DNA of 64,000 nucleotides, from assembly GCA_900617105.1 (NCBI GenBank), contig UYFQ01000001.1, positions 4,712,001-4,776,000 on the forward strand, read 5' to 3'. The notes under the pieces were generated by a model. The model searched no databases. It saw nothing but the letters and a program-made list of their open reading frames with translations, and was not told the origin of the DNA. A program made the translations under genes and the position numbers. The stretch is from Hydrurus foetidus (Eukaryota). How positions within the stretch are numbered: position 1 is the first letter of the stretch; each line of letters starts with the position of its first letter. This document shows, piece after piece, positions 9,958-19,743 of this stretch.

Positions 9958-10269
9958 ATGTCAGATCCGATGAGAATCCGGGCTCAAGCTCAAGGCGATA
10001 AAACCACCGTTCGCGTGCTGGTCGCCCATGAAATGGAAAGCGGCCAGCGCAAAGATGCAGCGGGCAAAACCGTGCCTGCCTGGTTTATTCAAAGCATCAG
10101 CGCTACCTACAAAGACAAAAACGTCATGAGCGCCCAATGGGGCACGGCAGTGTCTAAAAACCCGTACATGGAATTCAGCTTCAAAAGCGGGGCGGTCGGT
10201 GAAAAAATTGCTGTGACGTGGGTAGACAACCGGGGCGACAAGCGCACTGACGAAGCGGTGATTTCGTAG
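9958..10269 (+). CDS. soxZ: SoxZ
   Basis: HEMESGQRKD, VSKNPY, WVDNRG. Confidence 0.96.
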   Translation: MSDPMRIRAQAQGDKTTVRVLVAHEMESGQRKDAAGKTVPAWFIQSISATYKDKNVMSAQWGTAVSKNPYMEFSFKSGAVGEKIAVTWVDNRGDKRTDEAVIS

Positions 10270-10329
10270 ATCCCATTAAGAAGTCTGCACGTTTTTCGTT
10301 GGCCTAACCGGGTATCTCCCCAATCTCCT

Positions 10330-11175
10330 ATGCAAGCATCAAACAAGCCTATAGCCCAATCGAATCGGGCGCGAGCAGCTATTATTTCTATAGTTGTTGG
10401 CATCACTTCTGTCGGCAGTTTTGCCCAACCCAAAACCAGCACTGAAGCCATTGCCGACTACCGCGCGTCACTGCAAGACGGCAATCCGGCAGACCTGAAC
10501 GCTGCGCGCGGTGAAGGCCTGTGGGCCAAAGCTGCCGGGTCGAAAAACGCCAGCCTGAAAGCTTGCGATTTGGGTCTGGGCGCTGGTGTTGTCAAAGGCG
10601 CCGTTACCCAGTTGCCGCGTTACTTTGCCGACGTGGGCCGTGTGATGGATTTAGAGTCGCGCCTGGTGCACTGCATGGTGACGCTGCAAGGCGCCAACGC
10701 AGCTGATTTCACCGCTGCCATGGTGTTCTCGCGCGAGGGCCAACGTGCCTCGAATGTGGAAGATCTGGTGGCCTATATTTACGACGAATCACGCGGCATG
10801 AAAATCGCTATTCCTCAGCAGCACCCACAAGAAAAAAGCGCTTACGCACGCGGCAAAGCGGTGTTTTATTACAAGGGTGGGCCATACGATTTTTCATGCG
10901 CGTCGTGCCACGGCGAAGACAATAAACGCATTCGCTTGCAAGACTTGCCCAACCTGACCAAAGCCAAGCCTGCGCAAGACGCATTTGCCCAATGGCCCGC
11001 CTACCGCGTTAGCCAAGGCGCGGTGCGCACCATGCAGTGGCGCTTGTACGACTGCTTTCGCCAGCAGCGCTTTCCCGAGCTGCAATACCTGAGCCAAACA
11101 TCCATTGACCTGATTACCTTCATGGGCGTGAACGCCAATGGTGGTGCCATGGCCGCCCCTGCTATCAAGCGGTAA
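10330..11175 (+). CDS. soxA: Monoheme SoxA cytochrome
   Basis: Single CASCH, IRLQDLP, WPAYRVSQG, DCFRQQR, APAIKR end. Confidence 0.95.
   Translation: MQASNKPIAQSNRARAAIISIVVGITSVGSFAQPKTSTEAIADYRASLQDGNPADLNAARGEGLWAKAAGSKNASLKACDLGLGAGVVKGAVTQLPRYFADVGRVMDLESRLVHCMVTLQGANAADFTAAMVFSREGQRASNVEDLVAYIYDESRGMKIAIPQQHPQEKSAYARGKAVFYYKGGPYDFSCASCHGEDNKRIRLQDLPNLTKAKPAQDAFAQWPAYRVSQGAVRTMQWRLYDCFRQQRFPELQYLSQTSIDLITFMGVNANGGAMAAPAIKR
10354..10394 (+). repeat. 41-bp repeat copy 3, translated in the SoxA signal peptide
   Basis: gccc-aatcgaatc-gggc-gcgagca-gcta-ttatttcta-tagt, reading (I)AQSNRARAAIISIV. Confidence 0.85.
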
Positions 11176-11181
11176 GCACAC

Positions 11182-11844
11182 ATGACTTTATTTCCAATTT
11201 TGAAATTGCGGCGTGCTGCGCTGTTGGCCGCTGCTGCTTTGGCGGCAACCTTGCTTGCCTCGTGCGCCACCAGGCCCACCCAGCAAGACGTGCTGGCTTC
11301 GCTCAAATCATCGTTTACCGAGCGCGGCATCGCGTCGCTAGACCGCCTGAACCAAACCGAGTTGCAGCGGGTATGCAGCGACGCGGCTGCAAGTAGCGAG
11401 TCAGTGCCTGAAAAAGTCCGCGCCGCCTTGCAAACCAGCATTTACAACGCCTTGCCTTACCCAACGGATGGGCAATACATTGGCGACTTCAAAGAAGGCG
11501 AAAAAATTGCACAAAATGGGCGCGGCATGCAGTTCAGCGACACAGCCGGCGTGCCGAACGGCGCTAATTGCTACGCCTGCCATCAAATTTCGCCCACAGA
11601 GATTTCATACGGCAACCAAGGCCCCAGCCTGCTGAACTACGGCAAGCTGCGCGGCGTTAAAGACGCAGGCGCTGCAGAGTCTTTGCCGATTGTGAAATAC
11701 ACCTGGGGCCGCATCTGGAATACCCATGCTTTCAACGCTTGCTCGGGCATGCCGCGATTTGGTGACGCCAAAATTTTGACTGAGCAGCAAATCAAAGACG
11801 TCATGGCGCTGCTGCTTGACCCGAAGTCGCCGGTTAACCAATAA
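11182..11844 (+). CDS. soxX: SoxX cytochrome c
   Basis: NCYACH, GPSL, MPRFG, SPVN end; lipobox-like LASC. Confidence 0.95.
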   Translation: MTLFPILKLRRAALLAAAALAATLLASCATRPTQQDVLASLKSSFTERGIASLDRLNQTELQRVCSDAAASSESVPEKVRAALQTSIYNALPYPTDGQYIGDFKEGEKIAQNGRGMQFSDTAGVPNGANCYACHQISPTEISYGNQGPSLLNYGKLRGVKDAGAAESLPIVKYTWGRIWNTHAFNACSGMPRFGDAKILTEQQIKDVMALLLDPKSPVNQ

Positions 11845-11876
11845 ACTGCCGTTTTTTAGAACGCTTTGCGCCTGTA

Positions 11877-11917
11877 GCCCAATAAATACGGGCGCGAGCA
11901 GCTCCTAAAATAATAGT
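11877..11917 (+). repeat. 41-bp repeat copy 4 (soxX-soxB intergenic)
   Basis: gccc-aataaatac-gggc-gcgagca-gctc-ctaaaataa-tagt. Confidence 0.9.
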
Positions 11918-11951
11918 AATTCTGGCTTGAAAACTACTTCGTGAAGTACCC

Positions 11952-13664
11952 ATGAACTTATCCCGTCGCGAGTTTTCAAGCGTGATGGCGGCTGCGTTGG
12001 CCGCTGGCTTTCCAGTGCGGCAAGCCAGCGCGCAGGCTGCCAGCAATTTGTATGACCTTCCTAAAACTGGCAATGTGCACCTGCTGCACATGACCGATTG
12101 CCATGCGCAGTTGCTGCCCAGTTATTTTCGCGAGCCGTCGGTTAATTTGGGTGTGGGCAGCATGCGCGGGCAGTGGCCGCACCGGGTGGGAACGCAACTG
12201 CTTGAAGCCGCGCAAATTAAATCCGGCACCCCCGAGGCGCATGCCTTTACCTTTCTTGATTTTGAGCGAGCTGCAAGGCAATACGGCAAAGTCGGCGGCT
12301 TTGCACACATGGCCACATTGGTCAAGCAGCTTAAAGCGTCGCGGCCCGGCGCGCTGCTGCTCGACGGTGGCGATACGTGGCAAGGCAGTGGCACAGCCTT
12401 GTGGACGCAGGGGCAAGACATGGTGGATGCCGCCAAACTGCTGGGCGTTGAGATCATGACCGGGCACTGGGACTTTACCTACGGCGAAGCGCGCATCAAG
12501 AAAATTGTCGACGGTGACTTTGCAGGCAAGGTTGAATTTTTGGCGCAAAACGTCAAAACCAGCGACTTTGGCGATGCGGTGTTCAAACCCTATGTCATCA
12601 AGGAAATGAACGGCGTACGCGTTGCCATCATTGGCCAGGCTTTCCCGTACACGCCGATCGCCAACCCCGGCTGGTTAACGCCCAACTGGACATTCGGCAT
12701 TCGTGAAAACGAGATGCAAGACACCGTGAACGAGGCTCGTGCCAAAGGCGCGCAGGCCGTGGTGCTGCTTAGCCACAACGGCATGGATGTTGATTTAAAA
12801 ATGGCCAGCCGCGTGACAGGCATCGACGCGATTTTGGGGGGCCACACGCATGATGGCGTGCCGGTGCCAGTGGTTGTTAAAAACCCGGGTGGCCAAACCA
12901 TCGTGACCAACGCCGGCAGCAACGGCAAATTTTTGGGCGTGCTTGATCTAGACGTGAAGGGCAAAAGCGTGGTCGGTTTTAACTACCGCCTGTTGCCGGT
13001 GTTTTCAAATCTGCTGCCGGCAGACAAAGACATGGCCGCGCTGATCGCTAAAAGTCGGGCGCCCTATGCGGCAAAGCTGGCAGAAACTCTGGCTACCACC
13101 GAAGGCACACTTTACCGGCGCGGCAATTTCAACGGCACGTTTGACCAGTTAATTCTGGATGCGCTGATGGACGTCAAAGGAGCAGAAATTGCGTTTTCGC
13201 CAGGTTTTAGATGGGGCACATCGTTGTTGCCCGGCCAGGCAATCACGCGTGAACATTTAATGGATCAAACCGCCATTACTTACCCGTGGACAACGCTCAC
13301 GGACATGCGCGGCGCAATGATTAAAACCATTTTGGAAGACGTGGGCGACAACCTGTTTAACCCCGACCCTTACTACCAGCAGGGCGGCGACATGGTGCGC
13401 ACCGGCGGGCTAACGTACACCTGCGAGCCCGGTGCCAAAATGGGTTCGCGCATTCAAGACATGCGCTTGAATGGCAAGCTGATTGAAGCCGACAAAACCT
13501 ACAAAGTGGCGGGCTGGGCGCCGGTGGCGGAGGTCAGCAAAAACGCTGGCGCGCCGATCTGGGATGTAGTGGAAACGTACCTGAAGGTCAACAAAGTTAT
13601 CAAGCCGGTTAAGCCCAACACGCCCCGGCTTGTTGGCGTTGAAGGCAATCCGGGCGCAGCCTGA
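11952..13664 (+). CDS. soxB: Thiosulfohydrolase SoxB
   Basis: Tat SRREF, HMTDCHAQL, DGGDTWQG, GGHTHD, YRRGNF. Confidence 0.97.
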   Translation: MNLSRREFSSVMAAALAAGFPVRQASAQAASNLYDLPKTGNVHLLHMTDCHAQLLPSYFREPSVNLGVGSMRGQWPHRVGTQLLEAAQIKSGTPEAHAFTFLDFERAARQYGKVGGFAHMATLVKQLKASRPGALLLDGGDTWQGSGTALWTQGQDMVDAAKLLGVEIMTGHWDFTYGEARIKKIVDGDFAGKVEFLAQNVKTSDFGDAVFKPYVIKEMNGVRVAIIGQAFPYTPIANPGWLTPNWTFGIRENEMQDTVNEARAKGAQAVVLLSHNGMDVDLKMASRVTGIDAILGGHTHDGVPVPVVVKNPGGQTIVTNAGSNGKFLGVLDLDVKGKSVVGFNYRLLPVFSNLLPADKDMAALIAKSRAPYAAKLAETLATTEGTLYRRGNFNGTFDQLILDALMDVKGAEIAFSPGFRWGTSLLPGQAITREHLMDQTAITYPWTTLTDMRGAMIKTILEDVGDNLFNPDPYYQQGGDMVRTGGLTYTCEPGAKMGSRIQDMRLNGKLIEADKTYKVAGWAPVAEVSKNAGAPIWDVVETYLKVNKVIKPVKPNTPRLVGVEGNPGAA

Positions 13665-13734
13665 GGGACCCATTTTTCGCTGATTTATTGCATTGTCATG
13701 GTTCGGTGGCACAATTTGAGTTGTTTCTGAAGTC

Positions 13735-13787
13735 CCTTCCAGGCGCAGTCGCATCCGCTAATCGGTTCAGCCGTAGCAAGCGGAAGG
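13735..13787 (+). ncRNA. sucA RNA motif (cis-regulatory leader of Burkholderiales sucA)
   Basis: ccttcc...ggaagg closing stem enclosing gcatccgctaatcggttcagccg, directly upstream of sucA; recalled consensus, not run against Rfam. Confidence 0.75.
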
Positions 13788-13868
13788 TTTAATTAACCGG
13801 CATCCCAAGGCTCCTGGCCCCAAGATGTCCACTAATGTTTCCCCAAGGGAAACTTAAGGTCAGTCGAT

Positions 13869-16802
13869 ATGAGTTCTAACCCGCACGTCCCCACGGCACC
13901 CGCAGGCGTGCCTGCAGCGACCGCAACGCCAAGCGCGTCATCTGTCTACGCTGCCTACAACGGCAACACCTATCTTTTTGGCGGCAACGCCCCGTACGTT
14001 GAAGAAATGTACGAAAACTACCTGGCCAACCCCGGCAGCGTGTTGCCCACTTGGCGCGAATATTTCGACGCATTGCAGCATGTGCCTGCCGTCGATGGCA
14101 CTGATGCCAAGGACGTTCCGCACCTTCCGGTGGTCAATGCTTTTGCTGAACGCGCCAAAAGCGGCCAGACCAAAGTGGTGGTGGCCAGCGCTGACCTGGA
14201 AATGGGCCGCAAACGCACCGCCGCCCAGCAGCTGATTGCGGCGTACCGCAACGTTGGCGCGCGCTGGGCTGATCTAGACCCCTTAAAGCGCACTGAGCGC
14301 GACAAAATTCCCGAGCTTGACCCGTCGTTTTACGGCTTTACCGATGCCGACCAGGAAGTGGTGTTCAACACCAGCAACACCTTCTTCGGCAAAGAAAGCA
14401 TGAGCCTTCGCGAACTGATGAACGCGCTGCGTGAAACCTACTGCGGCACGATTGGCGCGGAGTACATGTACGCGACCGATCAAAACCAAAAGCGCTGGTG
14501 GCAGCAAAAGCTAGAGGCCATTCGCAGCAAGCCAAGCCTGAGCAAAGAAAAAAAGCTGCACATCCTTGACCGCCTGAGCGCTGCTGAAGGACTGGAGCGG
14601 TTTTTACACACCAAATACGTCGGCCAAAAGCGCTTTTCGCTTGAAGGCGGCGAGAGCTTTATTGCCAGCATGGACGAGCTGATTCAGCGCTCTGGCGAAG
14701 TCGGCGTGCAAGAAATCGTGATCGGTATGGCCCACCGTGGCCGCTTGAACGTGCTGGTGAACTCGCTTGGCAAAGTGCCCTCAGATTTGTTCGCTGAATT
14801 CGACCACACCGCGCCTGAAGACCTGCCCAGCGGCGACGTGAAGTACCACCAAGGTTTCAGTTCCGACGTGACCACACCCGGCGGGCCGGTGCATTTAACG
14901 CTGGCGTTTAACCCGTCACACCTGGAGATTGTGAACCCGGTAGTTGAAGGCTCAGTTCGCGCCCGCATGGACCGCCGCGCTGACCCCAAGGGCTTGCAAG
15001 TGCTGCCCGTGCTGGTGCATGGCGACGCCGCCTTTGCTGGCCAGGGCGTGGTGATGGAAACATTGGCGCTGGCTGAAACCCGTGGCTATTCCACAGGCGG
15101 CACGGTGCACATCGTCATCAATAACCAGATTGGTTTTACCACCAGTGACCCGCGCGACAGCCGCTCGACTCTGTATTGCACTGACGTGGTGAAGATGATT
15201 GACGCACCGGTACTGCACGTTAACGGCGATGACCCTGAGGCGGTGGTGCTGGCTACGCAGTTGGCGTTAGATTTCCGCATGGAATTTCACAAAGACGTGG
15301 TGGTGGACATCATTTGCTTCAGAAAACTCGGCCACAACGAGCAAGACACACCGGCCATGACCCAGCCGCTGATGTACAAAAAAATTGCGATTCACCCCGG
15401 CACGCGCAAGCTGTATGCCGACAAGCTGGCCGCGCAGGGCATGGGCGACACACTGGGCGACGATATGGTTAAAGCCACGCGGGCGGCGCTCGACGCTGGC
15501 AAAAGCACGTTTGACCCGGTGCTGACCAACTTCAAAAGCAAATACGCCGTCGACTGGGCACCCTACTTGGGCAAAAAGTGGACCGACGCCGGCGACACGG
15601 CCATCCCAATGGCCGAGTGGAAACGCTTGGCTGAAAAAATCACCACCATTCCTGCCACGGTAACGCCACATGCTTTGGTCAAAAAAGTTTTTGACGATCG
15701 CGCCGCAATGGGCCGGGGCGACATTCCGGTCGACTGGGGTATGGGCGAGCACATGGCGTTTGCGTCGCTGGTGGCCAGCGGCTATGCGGTGCGTTTGTCT
15801 GGTGAAGACTGCGGGCGCGGCACCTTCACGCACCGCCACGCGGTGATTCACGACCAGAATCGCGAAAAATTCGACACCGGCACCTATGTGCCGCTGCAAA
15901 ATGTTGCTGACAACCAGGCACCGTTTGTTGTCATCGACTCGATTTTGAGCGAAGAGGCGGTGCTGGCCTTTGAGTACGGCTACGCATCGAATGACCCGAA
16001 CACGCTGGTGATCTGGGAAGCCCAGTTTGGCGACTTTGCCAATGGCGCGCAAGTGGTGATTGACCAGTTCATTGCGTCTGGTGAAGTCAAATGGGGCCGT
16101 GTGAATGGCATCACCTTGATGTTGCCGCACGGTTACGAAGGACAGGGCCCAGAGCATTCATCGGCGCGGCTAGAGCGCTTCATGCAGTTGTCAGCTGACA
16201 CCAACATGCAGGTGGTGCAGCCAACTACCGCCAGCCAGATTTTCCATATTCTGCGTCGGCAGATGGTGCGTAATTTGCGCAAGCCTTTGATCATCATGAC
16301 GCCGAAGTCGCTGCTTCGCGCGAAAGACGCCGCATCGCCGCTGAGCGAATTCACCAAAGGCGGTTTTCAAACTGTCATTCCTGAAAATAACGAGCAGGTG
16401 ATTAAAAAAGCCGACAAGGTCAAGCGGATTGTGGCTTGTTCAGGCAAGGTGTACTTTGACTTGGCCCGCAAGCGTCTGGAAAAAGAAATCGACGATGTCG
16501 TGCTGTTGCGGGTTGAGCAGTTGTACCCGTTTCCGCACAAAGCGTTTGCGGCAGAGCTGAAAAAATACCCCAACGCGGTCGACATCGTGTGGTGCCAGGA
16601 CGAGCCGCAAAACCAGGGCGCCTGGTTCTTTGTGCAGCATTACATCCACGAGAACATGCATGAAGGGCAAAAGCTGGGTTACTCGGGTCGAGCCGCGTCG
16701 GCCTCGCCAGCGGTGGGTTACTCCCATCTACACCAAGAGCAGCAAAAAGCGCTGGTGGATGGCGCATTTGCCAAGCTCAAGGGCTTTGTGCTGACCAAGT
16801 AG
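13869..16802 (+). CDS. sucA: 2-oxoglutarate dehydrogenase E1
   Basis: KRFSLEGGES, GMAHRGRLNVL, HGDAAFAGQG, WEAQFGDF. Confidence 0.98.
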   Translation: MSSNPHVPTAPAGVPAATATPSASSVYAAYNGNTYLFGGNAPYVEEMYENYLANPGSVLPTWREYFDALQHVPAVDGTDAKDVPHLPVVNAFAERAKSGQTKVVVASADLEMGRKRTAAQQLIAAYRNVGARWADLDPLKRTERDKIPELDPSFYGFTDADQEVVFNTSNTFFGKESMSLRELMNALRETYCGTIGAEYMYATDQNQKRWWQQKLEAIRSKPSLSKEKKLHILDRLSAAEGLERFLHTKYVGQKRFSLEGGESFIASMDELIQRSGEVGVQEIVIGMAHRGRLNVLVNSLGKVPSDLFAEFDHTAPEDLPSGDVKYHQGFSSDVTTPGGPVHLTLAFNPSHLEIVNPVVEGSVRARMDRRADPKGLQVLPVLVHGDAAFAGQGVVMETLALAETRGYSTGGTVHIVINNQIGFTTSDPRDSRSTLYCTDVVKMIDAPVLHVNGDDPEAVVLATQLALDFRMEFHKDVVVDIICFRKLGHNEQDTPAMTQPLMYKKIAIHPGTRKLYADKLAAQGMGDTLGDDMVKATRAALDAGKSTFDPVLTNFKSKYAVDWAPYLGKKWTDAGDTAIPMAEWKRLAEKITTIPATVTPHALVKKVFDDRAAMGRGDIPVDWGMGEHMAFASLVASGYAVRLSGEDCGRGTFTHRHAVIHDQNREKFDTGTYVPLQNVADNQAPFVVIDSILSEEAVLAFEYGYASNDPNTLVIWEAQFGDFANGAQVVIDQFIASGEVKWGRVNGITLMLPHGYEGQGPEHSSARLERFMQLSADTNMQVVQPTTASQIFHILRRQMVRNLRKPLIIMTPKSLLRAKDAASPLSEFTKGGFQTVIPENNEQVIKKADKVKRIVACSGKVYFDLARKRLEKEIDDVVLLRVEQLYPFPHKAFAAELKKYPNAVDIVWCQDEPQNQGAWFFVQHYIHENMHEGQKLGYSGRAASASPAVGYSHLHQEQQKALVDGAFAKLKGFVLTK

Positions 16803-16884
16803 AGCTCATCAAATAGCTGCTGACCCAACCAACAGGCGTGCACGAGGTGCGTGCTGCCCCTAAAAAATACAAAAGAGAATCATC

Positions 16885-18156
16885 ATGGCCATAGTAGAAG
16901 TCAAAGTTCCCCAGCTGTCCGAATCAGTGGCAGAAGCCACCATGCTGCAGTGGAAGAAAAAAGTTGGTGATGCGATCACCGTCGACGAAATATTGATTGA
17001 AATTGAAACCGACAAAGTCGTGCTTGAAGTACCAGCGCCTTCGGGTGGCGTGCTGGTTGAGCTGGTCGTTGCAGATGGTGCAACGGTTGCCGCTGAGCAA
17101 GTCATTGCGCGCATCGACACAGAAGGCAAGGCGGGTGCGGCTGTTGCGCCTGTCGTAGCTTCGGTTGCTGCTGCGCCAGCCCCCGCTGCAGCTGCCGCAC
17201 CCGCGGCCGTTTCGGGCGGCTCTATGGCCGGCGTTGCCATGCCAGCCGCCGCCAAGCTGATGGCGGACAACAACATGGCCGCTGGCTCAGTCGCAGGCAC
17301 CGGAAAAGATGGCCGCGTAATTAAAGGTGACGTACTGGCCGCCGCCTCTGCGTCAGCCGCTCCTAAAATTGCAGCTGCCAGCCCAATACCAACTGCTGCG
17401 CCCGCGACTTTACTGCCGCAGGTCGCCAGCCCCGCAAAGGCCGCAGACCTGGGCGACCGGCCCGAGCAGCGCGTGCCGATGAGCCGCCTGCGCGCGCGTA
17501 TCGCTGAGCGTCTTTTGCAATCGCAATCAACCAATGCCATCTTGACGACGTTTAATGAAGTCAACATGGCCCCGCTGATGGACATGCGCAAGCGCTTCCA
17601 GGAAAAGTTTGAAAAAGAGCATGGCGTGAAGATTGGCTTCATGAGCTTTTTTGTCAAAGCAGCAGTGCATGCCCTTAAGAAGTTTCCGATGCTCAACGCC
17701 TCTGTAGACGGCAACGATATCGTCTACCACGGCTACTTTGATATTGGCATCGCGGTAGGTTCGCCACGTGGCTTGGTGGTGCCCATTTTGCGCAATGCGG
17801 ACCAAATGAGCTTTGCCGAAATCGAGAAGAAAATTGCTGAATACGGCGTGAAAGCACGTGACGGCAAGCTGGGCATTGAAGAAATGACCGGCGGCACTTT
17901 CTCCATCAGCAATGGCGGTACCTTTGGCTCCATGTTGTCCACCCCCATCATTAACCCGCCGCAGTCAGCGATTTTGGGCGTACACGCCACCAAAGACCGC
18001 GCGGTAGTTGAAAACGGCGTAGTAGTAGTTCGCCCCATGAACTATTTCGCCATGAGCTATGACCACCGCATCATTGACGGCCGCGAAGCTGTGCTTGGCC
18101 TAGTCGCAATGAAAGAAGCGCTGGAAGATCCGGCTCGTTTGTTGTTTGACATTTAA
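16885..18156 (+). CDS. sucB: Dihydrolipoamide succinyltransferase E2
   Basis: Lipoyl ETDKV, SYDHRIIDG. Confidence 0.98.
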   Translation: MAIVEVKVPQLSESVAEATMLQWKKKVGDAITVDEILIEIETDKVVLEVPAPSGGVLVELVVADGATVAAEQVIARIDTEGKAGAAVAPVVASVAAAPAPAAAAAPAAVSGGSMAGVAMPAAAKLMADNNMAAGSVAGTGKDGRVIKGDVLAAASASAAPKIAAASPIPTAAPATLLPQVASPAKAADLGDRPEQRVPMSRLRARIAERLLQSQSTNAILTTFNEVNMAPLMDMRKRFQEKFEKEHGVKIGFMSFFVKAAVHALKKFPMLNASVDGNDIVYHGYFDIGIAVGSPRGLVVPILRNADQMSFAEIEKKIAEYGVKARDGKLGIEEMTGGTFSISNGGTFGSMLSTPIINPPQSAILGVHATKDRAVVENGVVVVRPMNYFAMSYDHRIIDGREAVLGLVAMKEALEDPARLLFDI

Positions 18157-18168
18157 AGGAAAACTTCA

Positions 18169-19149
18169 ATGTCTAAACAATTCGACGTCATCGTTATCGG
18201 CGGCGGCCCGGGCGGCTACATTGCTGCTATTCGCGCGGCCCAACTCGGCTTTAACGTAGCCTGTATTGATGAATGGAAAAACGACAAGGGCGGCCCTGCA
18301 CTGGGCGGCACTTGTACCAATGTGGGTTGCATTCCCTCGAAGGCTTTGTTGCAGTCGTCAGAGCATTACGAACACGCTGGGCATCACTTCGCGGATCATG
18401 GAATTGGCGTGACAGGCCTGAGCCTGGACATGGTCAAGATGATTGGCCGCAAAGATGCCGTGGTCAAGCAAAACAACGATGGCGTGCTTTACTTATTCAA
18501 GAAAAACAAGGTGACCTTCTTTCATGGTCGCGGCTCGTTTGCTGGTAATAAAGACGGTTTGTACGACATCAAGGTGGCGGGAGCCGCCGAAGAATTGATT
18601 AGCGGTAAACACATCATTGTGGCGACCGGTTCTAACGCACGGACGTTGCCCGGCACGCCGTTTGACGAAGACATTATCTTGTCGAACGACGGCGCGTTGC
18701 GCATGACCAGCGTGCCGGCCAAACTCTGCTTGATTGGCGCGGGTGTGATTGGCCTGGAAATGGGCTCTGTGTGGCGGCGCTTGGGCGCTGAAGTCACGGT
18801 GCTTGAAGGCTTGCCAACGTTTTTGGGTGCGGTCGACCAGCAAATTGCCAAGGAAGCGCACAAGGCGTTTACCAAGCAAGGTTTAAAGATTGAAATGGGC
18901 GTGAAAGTTGGCGAAATCAAAGCCGGCAAAAAAGGCGTTTCGGTTGCTTACACCAGCGCAAAGGGCGAGGCTGTATTGCTTGAAGTGGACAAGCTGGTAA
19001 TTTCGATTGGCCGGGTCGCCAACACCATTGGCTTGGCGCCCGAAGCGGTCGGCTTGGCGCTGGACGAGCGCGGCGCGATTGTGGTCGATGCGGACTGCAA
19101 AACCAATTTGGCCAACGTGTGGGCGGTGGGCGACGTGGTACGCGGCCCA

Positions 19150-19181
<32 letters not shown>

Positions 19182-19596
19182 TGCCGTGGCTGAGCGCATT
19201 GCAGGCCAGCATGGGCATGTCAACTTCAATACCGTTCCATGGGTGATATACACCAGCCCTGAAATTGCGTGGGTAGGCCAGACTGAAGAGCAGTTAAAAA
19301 CGGCCGGCCGCGCTTACAAAGCCGGTACTTTCCCGTTTTTAGCTAATGGCCGAGCCCGAGCGATGGGCGACACCACGGGCATGGTCAAAATGCTGGCGGA
19401 TGCCGCGACAGACGAAATACTGGGCGTTCACATTGTGGGCCCGATGGCGAGCGAGTTGATTGCCGAATGCGTGGTGGCGATGGAGTTTAGGGCCAGCAGT
19501 GAAGACATTGCGCGTATTTGTCATGCGCACCCGAGCTTGAGCGAGGCGACAAAAGAAGCCGCGTTGGCCATAGACAAGCGAACCCTTAATTTTTAA
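18169..19596 (+). CDS. lpdA: Dihydrolipoamide dehydrogenase
   Basis: GGGPGGY, GGTCTNVGCIPSK, HAHPSLSE. Confidence 0.98.
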
Positions 19597-19685
19597 CGGG
19601 CGCGCGAGTTGTCTGTTCTGTTGAATGCCGTCCAACGCTGTTTTGAGTTATTTTGGGCTGTTTTCAGGCATCAAATCAGCTTATA

Positions 19686-19726
19686 GCCCAATAAATACAG
19701 GCGCAAGCAGCTACAAAAATAATAGT
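19686..19726 (+). repeat. 41-bp repeat copy 5 (upstream of zapE)
   Basis: gccc-aataaatac-aggc-gcaagca-gcta-caaaaataa-tagt. Confidence 0.9.
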
Positions 19727-19743
19727 ATTGGGAAGCCTGCCCT

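Noticed and set aside
16804..16848. Possible degenerate minus-strand copy of the 41-bp repeat between sucA and sucB
   Set aside because: Only the TAGCTGCT core matches and the dyad spacing is not preserved, so it was not counted
15267..17714. Long antisense ORFs over sucA/sucB (also over dnaE2, soxC and smc)
   Set aside because: Shadow ORFs expected from GC-rich codon bias opposite well-conserved genes
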